NCBI GenBank assembly: GCA_965205675.1
Contig: OZ242186.1
Coordinates: 672,001-736,000, forward strand
Source: Nitrosopumilus sp.
GTDB lineage: Archaea; Thermoproteota; Nitrososphaeria; Nitrososphaerales; Nitrosopumilaceae
Direction: 5' to 3'
DNA: 64,000 bases
Below the pieces are notes generated by a model. It did no database searches and was not told where the DNA came from. It saw only the letters and a program-made list of their open reading frames with translations. The position numbers and the translations under genes are program-made. How positions within the stretch are numbered: the stretch's first letter is position 1; each line of letters starts with the position of its first letter. Positions 1 through 10,577 of the stretch are shown piece by piece.

Positions 1-140
1 GCGGTACTGAAACTTATGAAAAATGGGAAATGAAAATGCATAGAAGAATAATCAATATCAACGCAGATGATAAAGCAATCAGACAACTAATGAGATTAAA
101 AATACCTGATGATGTATACATTGAGTTGTCCTTGACATAA
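1..140 (+). CDS. rps10: 30S ribosomal protein S10 (uS10), 3' part
   Basis: Frame from nt 3 reads GTETYEKWEMKMHRRIININADDKAIRQLMRLKIPDDVYIELSLT*, the archaeal S10 C-terminus. Confidence 0.9.
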   Translation, partial: GTETYEKWEMKMHRRIININADDKAIRQLMRLKIPDDVYIELSLT

Positions 141-179
141 TCTGGTTAGCCTTAAATTATAGAAATTTTGATGATAAAC

Positions 180-374
180 ATGGTTGAAGAAGAAATTGAT
201 AAAGTAGAAGAAACTCTTGTTGAGACTTTTGAGGTAAATTATTCTTGCTTGAGATGTGGAACTACTGTTTCTAATACTGAGCTATCTAGATTGCCTGAAA
301 TCAAATGTATTTGTGGTTTTAGAGTATTTACCAAAACAAGACCTCCTATAGTTAAAACAGTAAAAGCAATTTAA
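180..374 (+). CDS. rpo12: DNA-directed RNA polymerase subunit P (Rpo12)
   Basis: YSCLRCG...IKCICGFRVFTKTRP zinc ribbon; ATG at 180. Confidence 0.9.
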   Translation: MVEEEIDKVEETLVETFEVNYSCLRCGTTVSNTELSRLPEIKCICGFRVFTKTRPPIVKTVKAI

Positions 375-572
375 TTATCTGTCTTTTTTATAACTGTGTT
401 CTCTCTGTAAATGAGTTCTCATATCTTGCATATTTGTGAAATATTTCTTACATCCTTTACAATCATACCTTAGGTCTTTTCCGTGAATGATCTGTTTATG
501 ATTCATCAATTCTTCCTCTTTAGAAAATCCCTTATCACAACTTTCACATTTTATTTTTTTAAAAAATCCCAC
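375..572 (-). CDS. C2H2 zinc-finger protein
   Basis: Two CxxC...HxxxxH fingers. Confidence 0.85.
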   Translation of the reverse strand: MGFFKKIKCESCDKGFSKEEELMNHKQIIHGKDLRYDCKGCKKYFTNMQDMRTHLQREHSYKKDR

Positions 573-574
573 TT

Positions 575-985
575 TTATCCAAACTCTGATTTTTTCTCAT
601 CCCAACATTTTCTACAAAGCTGGCCTTCAATCTTCCAATGCCTTTTTGCATTATATCTGATTAATCCCATTTTACCACTACATAGTGAACAAAAGTTTTT
701 CTTTTTACTATGGTCTTCTTCTTTTTCATCAAAACAAGTCTTACAAAGTAATCCTTCCATGTCCCATTGCCATCTTGGTTCCCATAAATCTGTAATTTTT
801 TGCGTGGCTTTGCACACGACACATGGCTGTCTGACTTTGCCTTCATAGTATTCTTTTGATTTATCAAAATGACAGTCTCCACAAAGTGAGCCTTTGATAT
901 TCCATTCTCTTTTTGGTTTGTGTTTATGAGTCAGTTCTTTGCTACAGACACTACAAAATGATGGCTTTTTATTAAATAATCCCAT
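575..985 (-). CDS. Cys-rich zinc-binding hypothetical protein
   Basis: Three CxxC...W..G.LCxxC repeats; likely start MGLFNKK at 985. Confidence 0.75.
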   Translation of the reverse strand: MGLFNKKPSFCSVCSKELTHKHKPKREWNIKGSLCGDCHFDKSKEYYEGKVRQPCVVCKATQKITDLWEPRWQWDMEGLLCKTCFDEKEEDHSKKKNFCSLCSGKMGLIRYNAKRHWKIEGQLCRKCWDEKKSEFG

Positions 986-1045
986 TTCCTTAGATCTACA
1001 AAATACGATATATTCTATAAATGTAAATAAAAATAGCAAAGATGC

Positions 1046-1168
1046 TTATTCGCTTAAGATTTTTTCAAGAGCTTGACTTGCATTAAGCATTCCGTTTCTC
1101 TTGGCAAATTCTTCGATCATTTTGTATTGTTTTTCAGTGAAACATACTGGCATTGAACGATTTTCCAT
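1046..1168 (-). CDS. 40-aa small protein, ribbon-helix-helix-like
   Basis: MENRSMPVCFTEKQYKMIEEFAKRNGMLNASQALEKILSE*; below the ORF-track cutoff. Confidence 0.6.
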   Translation of the reverse strand: MENRSMPVCFTEKQYKMIEEFAKRNGMLNASQALEKILSE

Positions 1169-1242
1169 GTATGATATCTGTATTTTTTATTAATATCTTT
1201 TTCTTTTGGAAAGATATTTCAATCCATTTTCTTAATTTCATA

Positions 1243-1380
1243 TGTGAGAAAGACACGCCAAATTCTGGTTAATTGGAAATAACACTAGTGGTTGTACTTC
1301 TAAACATGAAAAAATTGCATGTGATATTGGTTTTGAAATTGCAAAATCTGACTCTGTCTTGATTAATGGAGGGAGGGGTG
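1243..1380 (+). pseudogene. Remnant of LOG/TIGR00725-family nucleotide-binding protein
   Basis: Frameshifted fragment ...IGNNTSGCTSKHEKIACDIGFEIAKSDSVLINGG, truncated at the glycine-rich motif. Confidence 0.5.
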
Positions 1381-1501
1381 TACGGTTACATGAATGGTTC
1401 TTTCCACCTAGTTTCCAAAGTAGCATCATTCCATTTCCTTTTTATTGCATCTTGTAAAGTTGTGATGTTGTATGATCTGACTTTGACATAAATTCTACTG
1501 T

Positions 1502-2641
1502 TCATTGCATGGACACTAACAACGGATCTGGTCTGTAAAACTCACCATGTTTATCAGCTAATTTGTTTAACTCATCTACAATATTTTTAATTCCAATTTC
1601 TTTTGCAGTTTCAAATAGTGGTTTTTTTAATCCCAAGCCTAATTGAGCTGCTTTTTCTATTTCTTCAATATCACTAGCTCCGTTTGTAATTAGCCATGCT
1701 GCGTTGTTTAGGATATTTGCAACAAGTTGTATTGGATTACATTTTTCTGCCAATTCTCCTGAAAGTACCACTCGTTCGTATTTGTCATCAGAATATTTGT
1801 AATAACCTTCTCCTGACTTTTGTCCTAATTTTTTATCATCAAACATTTTTTCAACAAGTGAGTGTGGATTGATGACTTTTTTATCTCGTAAATGCATTTC
1901 TACAGTTGCTTTGTGAATTACATCCATTCCTGTAAAATCAGCTAATTCAAAAATTCCCATTGGGAATCCTAACTTGAATTTTACTGCTGAATCAATCTCT
2001 TCAAGTGTGGCATTTGTTCTCTCTTTTAGAAAACATGCTTCATGAACCATTGGTATGAATAATCTATTGATGATAAATCCTGGAACATCTTTTCTGCATA
2101 ATATTGCTTGCTTGTTAATTGATTTTACATATTCTTGCGTTAATTCTGTAATCTCGTGTGATGTTTTCTCCCCTGGAATGATTTCTACTAGTTTCATTAG
2201 TTGTGGAGGATTGAAAAAATGAATTCCAATAAATTTCTCAGGACGTGATGTCGTATTTGCTATTTCTGTAATTGGTAAGGTGCTTGTATTTGATGCAAAT
2301 ACTACTTCAGGTTTTGCTGCTTTATCTAATTCTGCATAAACTGATTTTTTTAGATCCATTATTTCTGGAACCACTTCAATTACAAGTTCTGTATTTTTTA
2401 CTGCATCATTCAAATCTACTATTGGTGTAATTCTTGAAAATATTTCATCTCTTTTTTCTTTAGATATTTTTTCTTTTGATACTAGTTTGTCCAAACTCCA
2501 TTTTATTTTCTCCATAGCTTTGTCTAAAAATTCTTGTTTGATATCTCGTAAAACTACATTATATCCTGCTGTTGCTGAGACCTGAGCAATACCGTGCCCC
2601 ATAACTCCTGAACCTAACACTGTGATATTTTTGATTGTCAT
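1502..2641 (-). CDS. 3-hydroxyacyl-CoA / (S)-3-hydroxybutyryl-CoA dehydrogenase (likely HP/HB cycle)
   Basis: GSGVMGHG Rossmann motif, ASNTSTLPI, GIHFFNP, PGFIINR, GFPMGIFEL. Confidence 0.92.
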   Translation of the reverse strand: MTIKNITVLGSGVMGHGIAQVSATAGYNVVLRDIKQEFLDKAMEKIKWSLDKLVSKEKISKEKRDEIFSRITPIVDLNDAVKNTELVIEVVPEIMDLKKSVYAELDKAAKPEVVFASNTSTLPITEIANTTSRPEKFIGIHFFNPPQLMKLVEIIPGEKTSHEITELTQEYVKSINKQAILCRKDVPGFIINRLFIPMVHEACFLKERTNATLEEIDSAVKFKLGFPMGIFELADFTGMDVIHKATVEMHLRDKKVINPHSLVEKMFDDKKLGQKSGEGYYKYSDDKYERVVLSGELAEKCNPIQLVANILNNAAWLITNGASDIEEIEKAAQLGLGLKKPLFETAKEIGIKNIVDELNKLADKHGEFYRPDPLLVSMQ

Positions 2642-2729
2642 ATTTTTTTAAAATGTTGTATCCTTTTTAATGTATTTCAAACCATAAAGAATATCATTTA
2701 TAATTTCTATGCTCTTATAATTTAGAATA

Positions 2730-2930
2730 ATGAAACAGCGATCTATTTTATTATTTGAATCTGCAATAAAACCAAAATTCTCTAGAAAATCACCCTTGTT
2801 TTTACTTTATCTTTTAACTTTGATCAAAAACTATCTTGCTCAATACATCCTGCCTGATTTTTGATCTAGAACCTTGGAAGATTACTTTGCAATACTAAAA
2901 ATTAAAAAGTATATTTCGGATAACTTTTAA
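2730..2930 (+). pseudogene. Possible decayed integrase N-terminus
   Basis: Starts MKQRSILLFESAIK, resembling N-termini of thaumarchaeal integrase-like proteins, then degenerates. Confidence 0.3.
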
Positions 2931-2954
2931 TGTATTTCAAATTTTTACTAAATA

Positions 2955-3122
2955 ATGGGCTTATTCAAACGTAAAAAAGACGATGAAACTAAAACTAAAT
3001 GTAATGTTTGCGGAACCGACTTGCATGATCCTGAACGACTAAAAAAACACATGAAAAAAGCACATGGAAATGTACCTGCTAAGAAACTAGATCCTAATGC
3101 AGGTGATGGTGGAACCTGGTAA
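2955..3122 (+). CDS. Small C2H2 zinc-finger protein (55 aa)
   Basis: MGLFKRKK...CNVCGTDLHDPERLKKHMKKAHG...W*; abuts the next ATG. Confidence 0.75.
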   Translation: MGLFKRKKDDETKTKCNVCGTDLHDPERLKKHMKKAHGNVPAKKLDPNAGDGGTW

Positions 3123-3401
3123 ATGGAATTTACATCCAGTCAAAAAACCAGTCTTGTATTTGTAGGTGCTTTTCTTACTGCTGGTATTGTTTTATCTACT
3201 TTGGTGTTTCCTTTTTGGAATCTAATTCGTGAAGATGTATATGAAGAAGTAACAATTTTGTCAAATGATGAAGGTATTTGTTATGTTGAAACTAGTGACA
3301 CTATTCCAAAAATAATTGAAGATTGTACTTTGCAATCTGGCGACGTTACTACTATCAAATTTGGAGAGGGGCTTGCCTGGGCAACTATTGTTGAACCTTA
3401 A
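3123..3401 (+). CDS. Hypothetical membrane-anchored protein
   Basis: N-terminal TM helix, clean ORF. Confidence 0.7.
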   Translation: MEFTSSQKTSLVFVGAFLTAGIVLSTLVFPFWNLIREDVYEEVTILSNDEGICYVETSDTIPKIIEDCTLQSGDVTTIKFGEGLAWATIVEP

Positions 3402-3439
3402 TCGATGATTTAATATTTTGATAAATTCCCTGAACCATT

Positions 3440-3847
3440 ATGGATTGTATTTTCTGTAAAATTATTTCTGGTCATATTCAATCAAAATTTCTCAAAGAAA
3501 CTCTCCACTCTGTGTCCTTTTTAGATGCATTTCCTCTCGCAAAGGGGCATGTTCTAGTTATTCCAAAAAATCACCATCAAAAAATTCAAGATATGTCTAG
3601 TGAAGAAAACACTGATTTGTTTTCCCTTGTTTCTAAGATGACTTTGCGTGTTGATACAATTACTGGTTCTACTTTAATTGCAATACATAATGGAAAAGAA
3701 TCTGGCCAAGAAATTCCACATGTACATGTTCATTTAATTCCAAGAAGTTCATCTGATTCTGCAGGCCCTGTACATAGTATGTTTGATTCTCCCCCAAATC
3801 TGTCTGAATCTGAAATGAATGATCTTTACAATAAATTAAAAATCTAA
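3440..3847 (+). CDS. hit: HIT family protein
   Basis: DCIFCKI start and HVHVHLIPR histidine triad. Confidence 0.95.
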   Translation: MDCIFCKIISGHIQSKFLKETLHSVSFLDAFPLAKGHVLVIPKNHHQKIQDMSSEENTDLFSLVSKMTLRVDTITGSTLIAIHNGKESGQEIPHVHVHLIPRSSSDSAGPVHSMFDSPPNLSESEMNDLYNKLKI

Positions 3848-4557
3848 TAAGGGAATAGTCTTTCTTTTGTTTTTAAATTTTCTACATTAATTGCTTTTGT
3901 GGGACATGTTTCTGCGGCATTCATTATTTTGTTAATGCCTGCCCCTTTTTGATTAATCACTGCCGATTTTGGATTTGATCTACTCTCTTTATTGATGGAA
4001 AATACATCTGGTGCAATCATTTCACAACTACAACAACCTATGCATAAGCTTTCATCTACATTTACAAAAAGTTCGGGCTGTTCTCTGGGTTCTTGGGCTT
4101 TCTCAAATTCGCCATTTCTTCCATCAGCATGTACTCGTGCATTGTAATCCTCCCAGAATTTTTTTTCATACTCTTTCCAAAAATCTGGATCTCCTTCTTC
4201 AAATTCACGCGTGTATTTGCCCCAATCTTGTTCTGGTATGCTTCCATTCTCCGGAGCCCCCCATTGTGGTTTTCTTTTAAAATCACTTTTTGGTTTATTT
4301 TGAGTTGTATCTTGATGAGGCGAATCAGTTCTTTGATTGTGGTTTTTCTTTAGATGATTATATGCTTCAGTAATCTTCTTAAATTCTGCATCTTCGGCTT
4401 TATCTTGATTTTTGTCTGGATGTAATTCTAATGCTAATTTTCTATATGCTGCTTTAATATCGTTTTGTGATGAACTAGAATCTACATTTAGTATTCTGAG
4501 TGCTTGGTATGTATTCACTAGCAATACAGATTTGTCATGTGTTAAAAATAATTGCAT
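3844..4557 (-). CDS. DnaJ-ferredoxin fusion protein (DnaJ-Fer)
   Basis: J-domain with HPD motif plus C-terminal CIGCCSC...CP ferredoxin. Confidence 0.9.
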   Translation of the reverse strand: MQLFLTHDKSVLLVNTYQALRILNVDSSSSQNDIKAAYRKLALELHPDKNQDKAEDAEFKKITEAYNHLKKNHNQRTDSPHQDTTQNKPKSDFKRKPQWGAPENGSIPEQDWGKYTREFEEGDPDFWKEYEKKFWEDYNARVHADGRNGEFEKAQEPREQPELFVNVDESLCIGCCSCEMIAPDVFSINKESRSNPKSAVINQKGAGINKIMNAAETCPTKAINVENLKTKERLFPY

Positions 4558-4579
4558 AATATTTGCAGTTTATTTTGCT

Positions 4580-4940
4580 TATTCTAAGAACACCTCATCA
4601 TCTGTTTTCCAAGTCCAACAATACACAAAAATTTTAATTCATTAGATCCCGAATTCTCAATGAATTGTCTGGAATTTGACGGTACGCTGAATCATCTTTT
4701 TCTAAATGATACATCTCTTCACCTGTGTGTAAAATCTCTGTACTTTCTAAAATATAGTATATTTCAGATGATGTTATTTTGTGCTGTCTTGATTTTTTCC
4801 CTGTTTTTGGAGAAAATTGGGCCAAACTATAGTTTATTCTATTTAGTGTATATCGTGTGGATGAAAGTACTCTTTGATTTTAGTTCCTTCGTTTCCTTTA
4901 ATTGTGTCTATTTCAGAACTCTTACGTAATGATATTTCAT
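4580..4940 (-). pseudogene. Cupin-domain pseudogene
   Basis: Frameshifted pieces: GNEGTKIKEYFHP / SLAQF...HKITSSEIYYILE / FIENSGSNELKFLCIV. Confidence 0.65.
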
Positions 4941-5399
4941 TTAGATGATAATTTTTGAAACATTGGTTTTAAAATCTGATTCATACCATTTCGTTTTGTA
5001 TGTTGCATTTTTCTTTGGAAGGATGTTAATAGCAATATGGGAAAATTCTTCTTTCTTATCTATAGAACCATGTGTATGAAGTGTTTTTGCAGGAATGTGT
5101 ACAGTGTCTCCTTCATTGAGGTTGATTTTTTCTATTTTTTTAATTCTAAAATTTGTTTTTCTAGTTCCATATTTTCTAAAAATCTCCAAGCTACCTTTTC
5201 CCTTTACTCCAATTAACACTTGATTTCCATTATGTTGATGAAGTTTGGTTCTTGATCCTTTTTGAAAATGAACATGATAGATGTCTTGATCTTTTGTTTT
5301 AATTTTTTCTGAAAGAACTTTCATCCATGTCTTATTTGTAAACCAGTCTGGGTTTACATCTCTTTTATCCCCTGTCCCATGTATGTTTATTTTTTCCAT
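4941..5399 (-). CDS. Cupin-domain protein
   Basis: LHQHNGNQVL and GDTVHIPAKTLHTHG cupin motifs. Confidence 0.85.
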   Translation of the reverse strand: MEKINIHGTGDKRDVNPDWFTNKTWMKVLSEKIKTKDQDIYHVHFQKGSRTKLHQHNGNQVLIGVKGKGSLEIFRKYGTRKTNFRIKKIEKINLNEGDTVHIPAKTLHTHGSIDKKEEFSHIAINILPKKNATYKTKWYESDFKTNVSKIII

Positions 5400-5400
5400 T

Positions 5401-5778
5401 CTATATTCTATCCAATATTTTTTTCTTTTTAGCTTGAAATTCTTTTTCTGTAATTACATCTGCTTTTCTTAGTTTTCCTAATTTTTTTAGTGTCTCTAAA
5501 TCATCATGAGTGTTTGCTGTAACTTTTTTTGCAGTAGATAACCCTTTGTTGATTTTCTTGATTCCTTTTCTCTGCAATGATTCTTTCTCTTTTAGTGCCT
5601 GTCTGTGTAGTTCTTTGCTTGTTTTGGAAGCTTGTTTTGCAGTCATTGAGCCTATCTCGACTGCTTCTTCTAATACTTTGTCTGCTTTTCTGACTCCTTC
5701 TTGAATTGCCTTGTCTGCTTTTTTCAAAAACTTGTCAATATAGCCTCTTCCTCCTTTTTTCTCTGTCATACTTTGCAA
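5401..5778 (-). CDS. Hypothetical protein with C-terminal SHOCT domain
   Basis: LKKLGKLRKADVITEKEFQAKKKKIL. Confidence 0.75.
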   Translation of the reverse strand: MQSMTEKKGGRGYIDKFLKKADKAIQEGVRKADKVLEEAVEIGSMTAKQASKTSKELHRQALKEKESLQRKGIKKINKGLSTAKKVTANTHDDLETLKKLGKLRKADVITEKEFQAKKKKILDRI

Positions 5779-6603
5779 ATAATCTTAAATGTATTATCTC
5801 TTTCTTATTTGGGCTTTAGTTAGTCTTTTGGTTGTTTTTATCGCTGTTGAGTGTAAGTTGAGGGGTGATTGTGAGGAGATTTGATATGGTCTCAAGTGGC
5901 ATCATTAAGATCAAATCATGCATATGCCTCATTTCCCATTTTAGATGAGAGTCTTTACAAGACAGTCATCATAAATCCCATTGATATCTTTTAGATCCAT
6001 GCTACATAATGATTCCTTAAATTCCTCATCTATGAAATTGCTATTTACAGAGTTGAGAGTTTACAATATTGGATATTCTGTTTAACCTTTTCTAGTTTTG
6101 ACTTTAATTCCTTGTTTTCTTTTGCTAGTTTTTGTACATCATCTGCAAGATCGAGTCTGTCTTTTCTTGCTTATGATCACTTAATCTTGATTGTAATGAT
6201 ATACTGTAGGCATCAAATAACTAACACAACAACAGACAAATATTTTGTTTGAAATCAAAGTTTGAGGGTATTGGCGAAAGAACATGAAATTATCACGTAT
6301 TTCCCTATCTAGCCTACATGATATGTATTAACCTGTAAATTATTTATGCATTTATCCTGTTATGATTAATGATGTGGATTCAATTACATTCCAAATAGTT
6401 CATTGTTGCAATAAAATAGTTCATTGTTGTTGTAGGTAAATGATGATGCTATCAATTCTGTCTCCAAACTCTGAATTACAGATATTTGATGGTGACTGGC
6501 CCATTAATTAAGAATCAATACGAAGAAAATAATCCAAGATACGCCAGTATATCTCCTTTATCTGAATTGATTTAATAGATAGAATTGTATACTTTGTATA
6601 GTT

Positions 6604-7311
6604 TTGGCAAAATCCACTCATGATGTAAAGATTGTTGTTTTACGAAAAAATATTGATGAAACTGAAGCAATGGGTATAGTTGAAGGAAAAAAAACTGCCC
6701 CTTTCAAATCATTATTATCTAGACCTAAAAAAGATGATGTTCATATTCATTCTTTGAAATTATACCACGAATGTATCCTTATGATCTCAGGAAAATACGT
6801 TGCAGATTATCTTAGAAAAGCAAATCATGTTATTTCTGTAGATTCCAATGTCCATGAAATATCTCTAGGTGATGGTGTTTTTCCTATACGATCAAAATCT
6901 GGTATTACCAAAGCTTTTGTTGGTAAACGTGGCAAGAACAAAATTGACTTGAAATTAGAAGAACATGTATTTGTTGAAGAAGAAGGCGAACTATCTTTTG
7001 ATCATCATGGTCGTGAAATCAAATTCCCATTTAAAATCAATTCAAAAACTATAGAGAATTATCCTAAAAAATTATTAGAACAAAACTTTTCTAATGTTAA
7101 AAAATCTGAAATCACTTATGATGCTGCAATCAAAAAACTTCAGTTAGAGCTAAAAAAACCATTAGAAACTGATGTTAGGAACCTGAATGAAGAATTTATC
7201 TTGCGTGAAATTGTAGAAGTTTATGCCCCTGTTTTTGAGGCTAGATTAACTGGACCTAAAAAGAAAGTCGGAATAATTAGAATTGATGCAGTACGGAAAA
7301 AAATTCTATAA
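6604..7311 (+). CDS. Hypothetical protein
   Basis: 235-aa clean ORF. Confidence 0.75.
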   Translation: MAKSTHDVKIVVLRKNIDETEAMGIVEGKKTAPFKSLLSRPKKDDVHIHSLKLYHECILMISGKYVADYLRKANHVISVDSNVHEISLGDGVFPIRSKSGITKAFVGKRGKNKIDLKLEEHVFVEEEGELSFDHHGREIKFPFKINSKTIENYPKKLLEQNFSNVKKSEITYDAAIKKLQLELKKPLETDVRNLNEEFILREIVEVYAPVFEARLTGPKKKVGIIRIDAVRKKIL

Positions 7312-8127
7312 TTTTACCAATTTTCTAAATTGATCATTAGTGTGCAATTTTATAAATATTGGTTCTTCTTTTGCCCACACTCGTATGATTTTGGGGTTTT
7401 TAGAAACTGCCTGTTTTAGTAATTCTAATGACTCTGGATATTTTTCTAGTGCTGCCTTGCTACGTGATTTTGCGTAAATGACATTTACATTGTCTTTGAA
7501 TTTTTTGAGAATACCATCAAAGACTACAAGTGCTTTCTCATGTTCTCCCAGTTCTGCTAATTGTACTCCTTTTTGAAAAAATGCATCTTGATTATTTGGG
7601 TATTTTTTACAAATGTTTTGAAAACAATTCAGAGCTTCTTCATGTCTTTTCATTTTGCCTAGAATAATTCCTTTGTACATCACCACATTTGGTTTTCTTG
7701 AGTCAATTGATATGGCTTTATCCAAAACAACTAGAGCTTCTTCTCTTTCTTGTAGTTTGTCTAACAGTACTCCTTTGTTAAAATATGCTGATGCATTTTT
7801 TGGATCTGTTTTTATTGCTTTGTCATAACATTCTGCTGCTGCTTGTATGTTGCCGTTTTCAGCCATTGCAATTCCTTTGTTGTTATATGCCTGAGAGTCT
7901 TGAGGATTAATCTCTAGCAAAACATCAAAGCATGTTATTGCATCACTGTATTTCTTTATCTGGTTTAATGCCAGACCCTTGTTGAATAACGCTGATGCAT
8001 TTTTTGGTTCTTGTTTTAGTATTTTGTTAAATAGTGAAATGGCCCCTTTTGCTTGGTTCTGCTTCATTAGAGACATTGCATTATACAGCAAATCTTCTAC
8101 GTCTACTTTTGAACCAAACAGTCCCAT
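7306..8127 (-). CDS. Tetratricopeptide repeat protein
   Basis: Repeated A[LY][FN]NKG TPR units. Confidence 0.9.
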   Translation of the reverse strand: MGLFGSKVDVEDLLYNAMSLMKQNQAKGAISLFNKILKQEPKNASALFNKGLALNQIKKYSDAITCFDVLLEINPQDSQAYNNKGIAMAENGNIQAAAECYDKAIKTDPKNASAYFNKGVLLDKLQEREEALVVLDKAISIDSRKPNVVMYKGIILGKMKRHEEALNCFQNICKKYPNNQDAFFQKGVQLAELGEHEKALVVFDGILKKFKDNVNVIYAKSRSKAALEKYPESLELLKQAVSKNPKIIRVWAKEEPIFIKLHTNDQFRKLVKL

Positions 8128-8164
8128 AATTTCCCAAAAATGATATTGCTAATGAAAGTTTGGC

Positions 8165-8287
8165 TTAGCTTAATGATTTGAATTTCTTTATTGCTTCTTT
8201 TGCCATGTTTTCTTGCTCTTTTGCAGATGTGTCTGTAGGATCATCTGTTGCATATGCTACCTCTTTGTTCTCTTTTTTCTTTTCCAT
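8165..8287 (-). CDS. 40-aa small protein
   Basis: MEKKKENKEVAYATDDPTDTSAKEQENMAKEAIKKFKSLS*. Confidence 0.5.
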   Translation of the reverse strand: MEKKKENKEVAYATDDPTDTSAKEQENMAKEAIKKFKSLS

Positions 8288-8962
8288 GTTATATTTTGAT
8301 TAGACTATTTTATAAAAATCTGTCATTTCCTTAAATCTTGGAATTTATACAAATATGCCAAATAGATTCTTTATGCATTTTGTTTTTTTCAAGATTTCTA
8401 AGTCATTGGGTATATACTGGCTAAAAATGAATTAGGTGCTTATCAATCATTTATCCCCAACATATAGTCAAGCAATAATAAGAAAGTATATTCTCAGATT
8501 TTCTCTACTCATAAGATAATATTTTCCAGAATCGTACTTTAGATAACATATGGAATTTGTACTGTTGAATCTTTTACAGAAAAATTCCAACGAAGATGGT
8601 TTGTATGAAATTATTTTGGATATCTCGATAATATTGATTATTTTTCCCAATAATTTCACAAAATTAGTTGCGGGCAATGGGTTTGCAATCCCCAAAATTT
8701 ATTTAATTATTTTAATTACGCCATTTATTTTTGTATAATTCTTTTTTTTAATTAAAAATCCTGATGCTTTAATAAAGTCTTGATAGGCGATTTTATTCTC
8801 TGTCTAAAATCTAGCTGCATCCTTTACCTGTGATAAAATAAAATCCTTGATATGTGCAAAATTTATCTTAATAATTATGAGAATTATTATTGAGAATGCT
8901 ATTGTTTTCTGTATTCTAAAACTAGATTTTTAATTTTAAAATAAGAATAATCATCAAAGTAT

Positions 8963-9916
8963 CTAGGATTTTTTATTTAATTTTGAAAGTAACGCAGCAT
9001 AAATGAAAGGCAAAATTGTTGTAACTTCTGCATGAAGTGTGGTTTGTTTTGCTTCTCGTGTAACTTTTCCCCATGAAATTGCCTCTTTAACTAATGCACC
9101 ACTCAAACTTCCATCAAATTCCTGTGCAGTCGTAATGTAAAATGCATAATCTAATCCATCTCTGTATTGATTCCACCATAATGTGTGATGTTTTGAAATT
9201 CCTCCGCCAATCATAAATGCCCCTGATTTTTCAGCTTTGAAAATCAATTCTGATATTAAATTAGCATCACCTATCAAATCCAATGTGAAATCACTATGTG
9301 ATTGTGAAAACATCCAAATTTGACTTCCAACTGAACCATCCATAATTCCAGGAACAATTACCTTGACATCATTTTTGTAAGCCCAATATAGATAAGAGTC
9401 CTCTCCAAGATGCTTTCCGATCATCTTGCAAATATCAGCAGTAGTCATTTTTCTAACACCTGCTTGATATTCTTCTTCTAGGAATAACTGCATTTTTTCT
9501 TCAATAAGTGGACCATAACTATCCATAGGTACCAAGATGTTTCCTAATCTGTGAATGTTTTGCTTTGCTAATTCTCCATCCTCCATGGTAAATGATCCTT
9601 CGTTATAATGTGAAAAATGTCTTGCAATATCATGATCTAATGAACCGCAGGTTACCATTGCAACATCAAACCATTTATTCTTAATCATGTCTTTGATTAT
9701 GCCCCTTAATCCTGTGGATATTACAGCAGCTACAAATGAAACAAATTTGAGACATTTTTCATCTGAAATCATTTCAGTTAAAATTTTTAATCCATCTGAT
9801 AGATTAACTGATTCAAATCCTCCAGATTGGGATAATTCTTGAAATATTTTTTCAATGGATGTGTTAGAATCTATTTCTATGTCTTTTACTGGACGACCTA
9901 CATTAATCATCATCAA
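8963..9916 (-). CDS. dys: Deoxyhypusine synthase
   Basis: HRLGNILVP, IGGGISKHH, DGSLSGA...EAISWGK. Confidence 0.95.
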   Translation of the reverse strand: MMMINVGRPVKDIEIDSNTSIEKIFQELSQSGGFESVNLSDGLKILTEMISDEKCLKFVSFVAAVISTGLRGIIKDMIKNKWFDVAMVTCGSLDHDIARHFSHYNEGSFTMEDGELAKQNIHRLGNILVPMDSYGPLIEEKMQLFLEEEYQAGVRKMTTADICKMIGKHLGEDSYLYWAYKNDVKVIVPGIMDGSVGSQIWMFSQSHSDFTLDLIGDANLISELIFKAEKSGAFMIGGGISKHHTLWWNQYRDGLDYAFYITTAQEFDGSLSGALVKEAISWGKVTREAKQTTLHAEVTTILPFIYAALLSKLNKKS

Positions 9917-9992
9917 ATTTTCATTATGTTATCTATAAATCTATTGTAAAGTAATACCAAAAATTTGAATCCATAACATTCTTGATTACAAG

Positions 9993-10232
9993 TCATGTAT
10001 GTTGTTCTGATTTTTTAATTCCAATGATTATTCCATAATAATCATTATACGATATGTCTGTAATCTTCATGTTAAATTTTTGTAACATACTTTCTACGAA
10101 TGTAAAATGTATTGAAATTTGATTTGTTTTAATCTGAATTTGTTCACCTGTAATTATTTTTTCCCAACTGGATACAGTTTGTTCAAGATAATTAAAAAAA
10201 CTATCATATTTTTTTATTTCATTATCATTCAA
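9993..10232 (-). CDS. Hypothetical protein
   Basis: 79-aa ORF, co-oriented with neighbours. Confidence 0.5.
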   Translation of the reverse strand: MNDNEIKKYDSFFNYLEQTVSSWEKIITGEQIQIKTNQISIHFTFVESMLQKFNMKITDISYNDYYGIIIGIKKSEQHT

Positions 10233-10322
10233 AACTATTTTTCACTTGTACTTTTGATATTAAATCTTTCAAGAATATTTTTCATATAAATATAAATAAA
10301 AAGAAGTAATTAATACTAAAAT

Positions 10323-10535
10323 ATGCCCGCACATAAAGCAACTTCTGAAAAAACATTATCAATTAAAACCAAATTAATCATTATTGCAATTATGTTTGTC
10401 ATTATAAATTTAATATTTTACATTGGATTTGATTCATCAAATGACTCTGAAGAATCTATTGAATTAGAAAATAATCTTCAGTCAAATATTAAAAACCAAA
10501 CATCTGCAGAAATAATAACTTCAACAATACCCTAA
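10323..10535 (+). CDS. Small membrane protein
   Basis: Single TM helix. Confidence 0.5.
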   Translation: MPAHKATSEKTLSIKTKLIIIAIMFVIINLIFYIGFDSSNDSEESIELENNLQSNIKNQTSAEIITSTIP

Positions 10536-10577
10536 GTTACTTGTGTTAATTTAATCAGAATTTAGAATATTTTAAAT

